A DNA stretch of 64,000 nt. Source: Podospora anserina (Eukaryota). Of this stretch, positions 22,486 through 32,042 are shown piece after piece. The stretch covers positions 3,844,001 through 3,908,000 of the forward strand of contig CM030336.1 of the NCBI GenBank assembly GCA_017654855.1, read 5' to 3'. Numbering within the stretch: the first letter of the stretch is position 1; every line of letters begins with the position of its first letter. Made by a program: the position numbers and the translations under genes. Under the pieces are notes generated by a model, which was not told the origin of the DNA, made no database searches, and saw only the letters and a program-made list of their open reading frames with translations.

Positions 22486-25342
22486 ATGGCCGACGCCCCG
22501 ACCGACGACGGGCCGAACAATGGCTCCCTTAGCCCACCTACCGAGACCCTAATTCTGGTACCTGTCGACAAGGTCGCCCAGCTCGAGAAGCGAGTTACAG
22601 AAGACCCTCGCGGAGCCTTGGACGCATGGCTCGCGTTGATGGCCGAGCACCGGTGCAGAGGCAACATTGCCCAGGCCAGAGAGACTTACGAGCGGTTCCT
22701 GGCCATCTTTCCTCAGGCGGTATGTCTCTTGCGCCCCCTGCCTCAACAACGCAATGCTAACAATGGAATAGGCCGAGGTCTGGGTGCAATGGCTGGAGAT
22801 GGAACTCGAAACCGATAACTTCAACGAGGCTGAGCGCATCTTCAGCACCGCTCTCATATCCACACCGAACCTCGCCCTCTGGACAAAGTATCTCGACTAT
22901 GTCCGCCGTCGCAACGACCTCAACGATGGGAATGCTCGCCAAATTGTCTATCAAGCGTACGATTTCGCGCTCAACAACATCGGGTTCGACAAGGACTCCG
23001 GCAAGATCTGGGCCGACTACATTCAGTTTCTCAAGTCTGGGCCTGGCACCCTGGGAGGAAGCCAGTGGGAAGATCTGAAGAAGATGGATCAGATCCGCTC
23101 CGCTTACCAGAAGGCTATTTGTGTGCCCATCGCTAACGTCAATAACCTGTGGAAGGAGTATGACCAGTTCGAGATGAGCCTGAACAAGCCCAACGGTCGC
23201 AAGAACCTCGCCGAACGGTCGCCGTCCTACATGACGGCCAAGAGTGCCTACATCGCCCTCGAGAACACCACCCGTGGTCTGCAGCGGACGACCCTCCCCG
23301 TTCTTCCCCCAGCCGCTGCTCACTTTGACGGGTACCAGGAGTACATGGAGCAAGTTGAGATCTGGAAGAGGTGGATCGCGTGGGAGAAGTCTGATCCTCT
23401 TTACCTCAAGGAGGACGAGAAGCTGCCTGGCCTCTACCAGAAGCGCATTCTCTATGTTTACCGGCAGGCCCTGATGGCGCTGAGGTTCTGGCCAGAGATG
23501 TGGCTGGATGCGGCCGAGTGGTGCTTTGAGAACAACATTATTGATGACAAGCCAAAAACTAGCGACCAAAAAAATGACGTGTCCACAGGTCTTGAATTTC
23601 TGATTCGTGGCATTGAAGCAAACCCAGAGAGCGTCCTCCTTGCACTCCGGTACGGTGACTACATTGAATCCACTCACCAGACTGAGGACAACGACAAGGC
23701 CAAGATTGCGCTTGGTCAGGCTGTGCGCGCTCCCTACAACAAGGTGCTTGACACGCTGTATGATATAATCAACAAGGTGAAAGACCGTGAGACGGCTCAC
23801 ATTGCTCAGATTCAGGAGGCGGCCAAGAAGGCGGCTGCGAGGGATAATTCGTCTAGCGGGTCTGATGATGATGAAGATGATGAGGAGGAGGGTGAGGGGT
23901 CGACCAAGCCGGCGATGGATGCCAGTGCGGAGAAGCAGATACAGGCGGTGCAGCAGGTTTCTGCTATGCAGACCAAGATGCTGTCAAAGACCATCTCGTT
24001 TGTCTGGATTGCTCTGATCCGGGCCATGAGGCGGATTCAGGGCAAGGGCAAGGCGAACACGGAGATGGGCGGTATGAGGCAGGTCTTCCAGGACGCTAGA
24101 CAGCGCGGTCGGCTCACCAGCGATGTTTATGCGGCTGTTGCACATATGGAGTGGACAATTTACAAGGAGCCCGCTGGTGGAAAGATTTTTGACCGTGGTG
24201 CGAAGCTGTTTCCGGAGGATGAGGATTTTGCGTTGGAGCACATCAAGTATCTCCATTCTTTGAATGACTTTACCAGTACGGTTCTCACCCTCTTTAGTTT
24301 CCCACTCATGGCTAACCATCTCACAGATGCCCGCGTCCTTTTCGAGCGTGTCGTCTCTCGCCTAACCTCCAAGCCGGAGAACGTACACAAGGCCAAACAG
24401 CTTTACGTCTACTTCCACAAGTACGAGTCCCAATTTGGTGAACTCGCCCAGATTTCCAAACTGGAGAAACGCATGGCGGAGCTTTTCCCGGAGGACCCGA
24501 AGCTCTCTCACTTCTCGGCGCGTTTCTCAACCGAAAAGTTCGACCCTATCACGGCGAGAGTTATCGTGTCTCCTGCGGCTCAGCTCCGGCCGAAAATACA
24601 ACCACCTGGTTTGATGCCCTCGATTGAACAACATCAACCACAACAACCCATCTCCATCCGCAACAGCCCCACCCCGGCGCCTCAATTCCAACCAACAATT
24701 ACCAACTCCCCCAAACGTCCTCTTCCCCTGGACGACGACGAGTCAAACCCGCCTCGCAAGATTCAGAGAAACGATTACAACACCGAGTTCGTCCGTGGCG
24801 CCTCCCCCCTAAAAGGAGCAGCTGGCCGTAGACTGGACCAGCAGCGTCGTATGCAGGGAAGTGCTGGAGGCGCGAGCTATAGCAGCACCCCTGCCCCTAT
24901 CGCTCGGGACATCACCTTCCTCCTCGGCTTAATCCCCCGGGCTGAGGCCTACGATTACCACCGTATGAACCCAAACAAGGTCGTCAATTTGCTCCAGTCG
25001 ACGAACGTACCAGAGTACCACGTCTGGAAAGCCCACGCCAATCCAAGCCAGAACCCACACCACAGAAATGTTTCCACCGATTTTGGGAGCTACGGTGGTG
25101 GATATGGGAACAGGGACTCGCCGGCCCCAAGGGCGGGAAGTCCGTATGGACAACAGAGGTTGGTGATGGGGCAGGGGCAAGGCTACAGACAGAGTAGTCT
25201 CAGGCCGGGGAGCGCCGGGAGTGGAGCGGGGTATGAGCCTCCTCCTGCGGTACCTGGGCAAGGCGCCGGCGGGTATCAGTTTGGGGGGTTGCCTCCCCTC
25301 CCTCCGCCACCGGGATATGGAGGTTATGGTGGGGGGTATTGA
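22486..25342 (+). CDS. RNA14: mRNA 3'-end processing factor Rna14 (CstF-77, HAT repeats); introns about 22720-22771 and 24276-24326
   Basis: HAT repeats (LWTKYLDYVRRRND, IWKRWIAWEKSDPL, ALMALRFWPEMW, WIALIRAMRRIQGKG, YESQFGEL). Confidence 0.93.
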
Positions 25343-26091
25343 GACGATAGGGGAGGTTTGTAGCTGGGGGAATATAATTATATCTTGGGGAAGGTAGAGG
25401 GATTGAGGCTTCATCATGGCGTTCTGAGGAGGTGCATATTGTATAGGATAGGAGTTTTCTTTTGGGGAAGGCTAAAGGTAGTGCATTTGTGGTTGGGATT
25501 GGGAGCAAAAGTTAAATGGGGGATTTTGGGAGAGATACAGCCCGACCTGTATATAACGATTCGAGCCATGAAGATTCGAGCCATAGCGATTTTCCTACGT
25601 ACCGATCGGAATTGCTAAACTAACCTATTTTATATGAGCCAGAGTGATAAATTGGGCATTGAAATTATTGTAATATTATAGGCCTATAAAGAGGGTAAGA
25701 ACTACCTCTTAAGTTTAGAACTAACCCCCTAATTTTAATTTGCTTTTTACTTAGCCTATCTTTTTTTGATCTTTTTTTTTATCTAAAGTAATATAATTTA
25801 ACTAAATATATCTAATAAATTTTAATAAACTACTATGAAATATACTTTTTTTTTGCTAGTTATATTTTGTTATTATTACTATAGTTTTTAATAACAAACA
25901 ATAGCGCTTTACTATTATAAGGAAGTAAAGGTAAGTGAGAACTGTAGGTATAGATATGTAAAGTAGTGTGTAAAAAGATGACATTTGGAAGTGTGAGTCG
26001 CACTAGCAGCCTGCTTGATAGCTTTGTAGGTGTAGGGTAAGCTTAGTAGTGAGGCTATATTTTTACTTAATTTACATGCTTAGCTAATCTA

Positions 26092-26199
26092 CCCCTGCAC
26101 TTTCTATATCCCCTGCACTTCCTATATCCCCTGCACTTCCTATATTCCCTGCACTTCTTATATTCCCTGCACTTCCTATATCCCCTGCACTTCCTATAT
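26092..26199. repeat. 18-bp minisatellite (CCCCTGCACTTCCTATAT) x6
   Basis: Six consecutive units that differ only by C/T changes. Confidence 0.92.
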
Positions 26200-26426
26200 T
26201 AGTAAGCTATTTTTTTTATTGTAGCTATTATTTTACTTTAAAGTAATATAAATTAGTTATTTAGATAACGTAAAAATTTAGTTATAAAATAAATTAAAAT
26301 ATCGTTTTTATTAAAATAAGTCCCTACAAAGCCTATTTTACAGTGTGTTAATGCTGTAATACTACGCGGTATTATTTCTAGAAAAACTAATAAATATAGC
26401 GAAAACGGTTATAATGTACTTACCTG

Positions 26427-26600
26427 TATAATAAATCCCTATCCAAAACCGCTAAAAAGGATATTAGTCGAAGGCACTTCTGAACAATCCTAATTTGGTA
26501 TAGCTAAATAATATATATTAAATATTAAAATATAGCTTTTATTTATGGATTTTATAGTGTATTTGAGCCCTATAAAATATAGGGCTTTAAAAGTAATATA
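26427..26600 (-). mobile_element. Old LTR-end fragment related to the conserved LTR terminus
   Basis: TATAATAAATCCCT... is a RIP version of TGTAACGAACCCCT...; about 90 bp is alignable and no TSD was found. The far boundary is approximate. Confidence 0.6.
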
Positions 26601-26632
26601 ATAGCTTAAATTAGTAGTACTTAGGGACTACG

Positions 26633-27017
26633 TGTAACGAACCCTTATACAAAACCTCTAAAAGGGATACTAGTTAAAGGCTACTTTTAATAATTAGTTC
26701 GGTGCGGCTAAATAGCGCATAATAAGATATCTCAATGTAAATATAAGATACCGTAAATATAAGCTGTGAATTACATACTACGGAACTATCTATCTATACT
26801 AGCTAGTTCCTCCGTATATATAGACCCTGTGCCAAGCCTAGTACTGTCCTAGATCGATTAACTCGACTATCGATCCTATCGATACTGTCCCTTTTGGGAT
26901 TAACTCTTCTAGATCGATCCTCGATCCTAATAATCCTGCTTTAATTAGTCCTCGCTCCTGTACTAATGATTGGCCCGTAGTGCGCCCCGCGCCCCACTAA
27001 AGTGTTAAGCCGTGATA
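26633..27017 (-). mobile_element. Solo LTR A (385 bp; gypsy-type, crapaud-like)
   Basis: TGTAACGA...CGTGATA (RIP of GTGACA), flanked by a perfect 5-bp TSD CTACG (26628-26632 / 27018-27022). Strand is inferred from the TATA position. Confidence 0.85.
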
Positions 27018-27380
27018 CTACGGTTAACGGAACGGAACTTAGCTCCCTAAAGCAATCCGTAGTTCCGGAAAGCCGAGCGTTAAGGCTAGTACCCTACAGC
27101 GGTTAAACGGTAGCGTAATGTAGCTTATAACGTAGCTTATAACTTTATTTTAGCTAGCGCATTTAGCGGGCGTTTAAGCCCGGAAACGAAGTTAGCCTCG
27201 GAAAGCGAGTGGAAGACTAACGGCCTATAAAACCTTTACTTCACACCCTATTTACTATAATATTTTTTAGTTTAAAAAAGTAAATTAATATATTAGTTTA
27301 CTATACTTATTAGTGCTTTATAAGCCTATATTACAGTAATTATCCTTTATATATTATAGTGCGCCGTCCCTATAATTTAC

Positions 27381-27786
27381 TACTACGGTTCTGGAAAATA
27401 GTGGGGCTACGAGGGACTAATCAGGACTGGACCTCGCGATCGAGCGGGACTTACGGTCTAAGTAGGTAAACGGATTAATAAAATAAGGACCGGGGACCGC
27501 GGTGAAGCTTACGGTCCACGGTCCAGTATTAGTTAATTAGGAGTAGACCGAGGACCGTCTATAAGTTAATAGTGCACGGTTCTAAGGTTTATATATATGG
27601 AGGAACTAGCTAATATAACTAAATAGTTTTATAGTATATAAATTAAATTATAATCGTTAGTATTTAAATTATTATAATCGAGACAAGTTATTTATTATAC
27701 ACTATTTAGCTGTACCGAACTAAGATTATTTAAAAGTGCCTTTAACCGGTATCTTTTTTAGAGGTTTTAAATAGAGGTTTATTATA
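27381..27786 (+). mobile_element. Solo LTR B (406 bp, same family, heavily RIP-mutated)
   Basis: Ends GAGGTTTATTATA (RIP of GGGGTTCGTTACA). TSD TTTAC at 27376-27380 is recovered at 28234-28238 once LTR C is removed. Confidence 0.78.
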
Positions 27787-27789
27787 TTC

Positions 27790-28231
27790 TGTTATAGTTA
27801 ACCCAACGGCAGGTCGCGCCATATATAGGGCGCAGGTCGCCCCTAGCTAATCATTTAGGAAGTTAGGGAATAAGCCGATTAGGGCTAGGCAAAAGTGCTA
27901 TGGCGCTAAGGCTCACGAGCAGTCTGCAGGATGTAAGATGCTAGGGATAATTAGAGGTATAGCACGACGAGTATAATGTAGATACAATGTGTTAGGAGTG
28001 ATCGGGCCTATAGTAGGGCGAGTACCTTACGGCCCTAAGGTCTATATATACGGAGGAACTGGCTAGTGTAGATAAATAGTTCCGTAGTATGTAATTTAAG
28101 CTTATATTTACGGTAGCTAGTATTTATATTAAGATATCTTGTTGTGCACTGTTTAGCTATACCGAATTAATTGTTAAAAGTTACTTTTAACTAGTATCCC
28201 TTTCAGAGGTTCTATATAGGGGTTCGTTATA
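27790..28231 (+). mobile_element. Solo LTR C (442 bp, same family), inserted into the right junction of LTR B
   Basis: TGTTATA...GGGGTTCGTTATA with TSD TATTC (27785-27789) / TATTT (28232-28236), one RIP-type C to T change. Confidence 0.82.
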
Positions 28232-28239
28232 TATTTACC

Positions 28240-28452
28240 TTCCTTTAATACCTCGGCAATTATTAAATACTATAGTTAAAGTCTTTTTCGCTCTTAATAT
28301 ACTACGCCGATAGCTATTCGAGCCTATATTTTATAGGCCTTAATAGTACCTATTTTAATATTATATATTATTTAGCTATACTAAATTAAGATTATTTAGA
28401 AGTGCTTTTAATTAATATCTTTTTTAGAGGCTTTAAATAGGGATTCGTTATA
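28240..28452 (+). mobile_element. Old LTR-end fragment, inverted relative to 26427-26600
   Basis: Ends GGGATTCGTTATA. 28320-28452 matches the reverse complement of 26427-26590, including AGCCTATATTTTATAGG. The left boundary is approximate. Confidence 0.6.
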
Positions 28453-28769
28453 CCTTAAGATTACGTAGCTTACTACGCTTCTAGGCACTCTATTTCCTAT
28501 TAGTTCTCGTAGCGATTAGCTAGCACCTCCCGTGCCCCACACACTATTTAACTTACCCGTTAGCTTAACTATAATATAGAGCGCTATAAAGCGCTGGAGC
28601 TTATATATACTTAGAAGTAAGCTATAGGTATTATGTCGTAAGTTTTCGCTATATTATAAACACTAAAGTATATTACTATTATAAGGCCCTTAAGCCTATA
28701 TATAAAACTTAACTTTTTAATATAAATAGTAAGTACTATTACAACTCTTAATTTCTAAAATCTTTAAAG

Positions 28770-29374
28770 TGTTATGTGTAACGAACCCCTATCTAGAACC
28801 TCTGAAAGGGATACTGGTTGAAGGTAACTTCTAAATAATCTTAGTTCGGTGCAGCTAAACAGTATACAATAAGATGTCTCGATGTAAATATAAAATGCCA
28901 TAAATATAAGCTTGAATTGCATACTACGGAACTGTCTATCTATACTAGCCAGTTCCTCCGTATATATAGTCTTTATACTAAGCCGTAATTAGTCTCCTAA
29001 AGCCACTAATTACTTCTGCTTAGTCTGCTTAGTGCCCTGATTACACTGATCACTCTGCCTTTACTGTAATTAGCTCCCCTATACATTCTCCCGATTAGCC
29101 CTTTATTTCCGTGGCCCTATAACCGTCCTATACCAGGGTTGTGACATTATGGCACTGACGCACACCTTGCGTGGTGCCCCACTTCTGGTGTGGCCCTATA
29201 GGCCAAGACCTTATCTCTTATTATTTACTTGCCCTACCAGCTTGCACCCTTAAAATCCCTGCAAGGCTGGCCAGGCAAAGCCTCCCTTCCTTTCTTTTTT
29301 CCTTAGCTTAGATTCCGTTAATCGAGTAAGGTGTTACAGTAGCCTTTGCCTTAGTGAACTAACCGCCCGTGATA
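28770..29374. mobile_element. Solo LTR E of a second family (about 230 bp net), interrupted by LTR D
   Basis: TGTTATGG...CCGTGATA termini (de-RIP TGTCACGG...CCGTGACA) with a perfect TSD TAAAG (28765-28769 / 29375-29379). Confidence 0.75.
28777..29146 (-). mobile_element. Solo LTR D (370 bp, crapaud-like family, least mutated copy)
   Basis: Intact TGTAACGA...GTGACA termini and a perfect TSD TTATG (28772-28776 / 29147-29151). Confidence 0.88.
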
Positions 29375-32042
29375 TAAAGTAGTAAATTTAATTTTGTGGT
29401 ATAATTGATAACTAAAAATATATAATTTAAAAATTTTAGTAACTTAGTTAAATTAAAGGGAAAATAATCTAAAGATTATAGAAATATAGTTTCTAAAATT
29501 TAAAAATCAATTACTTTATACTTTGTAGATAGTTTTATAGTTAAATAATATTTGGAGTACCTTTTAATTACTTTAGCTTTTATTGTATTGTTAAAAAAAC
29601 GGTGTAAAAAGGGGGTATTTCAAATAGCGATATTTCTTATATAACGATAAGACTCCTCACACTAACGAATCGTTATATATAGGTTTGACTATAGTGTAGT
29701 AGGTTGGACGGAGCGGGTGAATTGTAGATGTTTTGTTCGAGGTTTCAAGGTCTTTTGGATAGTGATGATGGATTCATTTTCAGTGGCTTGTGAATTCTTC
29801 TCGTGAGAGAATTTGTCAGCGCCAGATGGTGGATGTCCTGCAGTGGTGATCAACTGTCATATATTTGTGACCGGGAGTGCGACCTCCCACTTTCAGTGAG
29901 CATCTGTCCATGTGTGACATGTGCGATATACTATGTCCTGTTAACTGAATATCAGTAGTGGAAATGTGACATGACCAGACATGTGACACTCATAATACAG
30001 TCAACCCCTTCTCCATGACCAAAAACACAAAAATGTCATCTAGGCTAGGCTATCCATTTAAGGCAGGCAGTGGAAGTGTCACTGACAAAGATCCCTTTTG
30101 TTTACTTGAGGGTTGTCGTTGTCCGGCCGAAATGTTAGTCAGCCGAGACCAAAAAAAGGGGCTGGTCTTGGCAGGGGTTGGTGTCAAGACTGGTAGAACC
30201 AAGATGCTTTTGTCTCATGTCGGGTTGTACAGGGGTGGTGGGATAAGCTTATTTTGACGACTGGTCCTGTTTTGGGGAGGAGACGGATGGTAAGATGTTG
30301 GAGAGGAGGGGTGGGATGGGATTGGGGGCTGGGATTGCTCAACACTGTCTGTTTTGTTGAGTGTTTTTGGGAATGCTTTCATCACCAATATCGCGTGGTG
30401 TCTTTTCAGGGAAGAATACGGGCTTTGGATTGGGATTGGGATAGATACATTGGTGTACTGCACTGTGGTCTACTAAACGTCTGGAAATGCTCATAGTGTC
30501 TTCAACAGGCCAGGCAAATATAGCCTTTATGATACCTAATTTCTTTATACACTCAGTGTGTGTGGTACCTGCCTATGCTTAAGAGAGGAAGCAAAGAACT
30601 TGGCTCGAGTTCCTTGCCCTAGTGTTCCACAGAAGAGTTGAGAAATGTCAAGTGATCGGGTAGCCCTAAGTGAACGGAGAGGAGGTGATTCCAGCCGCAA
30701 TTCATGATACTGTGCGGGTCAAGAGAAGAAGTTTCTTTTCCCAGGTGAGGGAGCAGGTAGATTGTTTAGTTTCCTCTGTTGTGGTGTGATGGGAAGGGAG
30801 CAGAGTATTTTCTTCTCCTGTGGTCCGGAATGACGCTCCAAGGGAGACCACGGAAGATACGTGATGCTCAGAGATGGGTGATGGTAATGTGGTTTCTCCG
30901 CCTCAAGATAGCTCGCTCTTCCAGCTCTTGTGCCGACGGTGGCCGTGATGATGAATAGTCTGATGTGCTCCCTCAACGCTCCTTCCGTCTTTCCCATGTA
31001 GGCTTATCGGAGCAGAGGGTCCTATCGCCAACCAACAATGGAAGCCCTATCACCAACCTCGCTGGCGTCATACGCGTCCCCCCACTTGCCTATCAAACAG
31101 AAGAGCAATTCCTTTGTCTTCCAAGGCTGTTATCGCTGCTTACAACAACCATTACCCGCTTCTTCCTCCGATATTCACTTGCTCCAGCTGATCGTTGCTC
31201 AGTGGGGGGCTGATTAGGAATTCTGGGCCCTCAATTCCTGGGTATAAAGTAAGGTCTTCCTCTCCCACAACTCCCACAACTCCCACAACCTTTCCTCTCA
31301 CAACTCACTCTCATCTTCAATCTCAGCCATCGGCTACCTTCACTCTCTACTCTCCTTCAACCCAGAGCGGTATCAAACTTTGACATCCCTCTATCAAACC
31401 CTCTTCAGTCTACCCTTCCGTGGTAGCAAAACCGCGACTTGCTTCGGCATCCACCAAAAGGTACGTTCTTGAAGCCATCGCCATCTGGCATGATTCCCCA
31501 ACATCACACATCGCCACCACATCATCACTCGGTCGCACGCTCCCTGTCGGAACAATCAGCACTGATCAGCACCGATTCACACCGGGTCGCTGCATCAGGC
31601 ACACCCAGCAAGTGGGGGTCGTGCATGCGCCTACCCAGCCCGTTCCTTCCCCCCTAGTTCTCGGCACTCATGGGCGCTTATTGCGCCTTTTCACTGGGGT
31701 AGCCTTGCTGCCTGTTTGTCTCGATCTGTTTGCATCTACTACACACACCTCACGAAACTCACTCTCCCCTTACCTCCAAACCCCCAAACAGTCTCTGTCC
31801 AGTCATCTGTGATTGATTGTCCCTCTCTCCTTCCATCCTCTGCCATCTCCTACATAACCTCTCCCGCTGCCCCCCGGCCCTCTCATTCTCTCTTCTCTCT
31901 TCTTCCTGGCCGCTTTGATCCACAGACAGCGATTGACATAGCAACGCAACAGTCCTTCTAAGCAACTCGCTCTCTGCTTCTTCGACAAGAAGCCAACAGC
32001 TACGACACTCTTTTGTCCCATCTTTTACAGCCCATCGTCGCC

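Larger units (their letters stand above)
25538..29691. mobile_element. RIP-degraded Tc1/mariner(pogo)-like DNA transposon relic with TIRs and TA TSD, hosting nested solo LTRs
   Basis: Left end TA|CAGCCCGACCTGTATATAACGATTCG (from 25536). The right end reverse-complements to TA|TAGTCAAACCTATATATAACGATTCG (23/28 identical, mostly transitions). The interior is AT-rich, TpA-enriched and has no ORF of 60 aa or more. Confidence 0.75.

Noticed and set aside
26092..26199. CRISPR-like array
   Set aside because: The repeat units are contiguous with no spacers, and the context is eukaryotic.
26633..29146. LTRs A and D, or B and C, as paired LTRs of a full-length retrotransposon
   Set aside because: Each has its own TSD, their variable halves differ, and no gag/pol-sized interval lies between them.
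25538..29691. Starship or meiotic-drive (Spok) cargo
   Set aside because: No tyrosine recombinase or cargo ORFs; the island is accounted for by TE relics.
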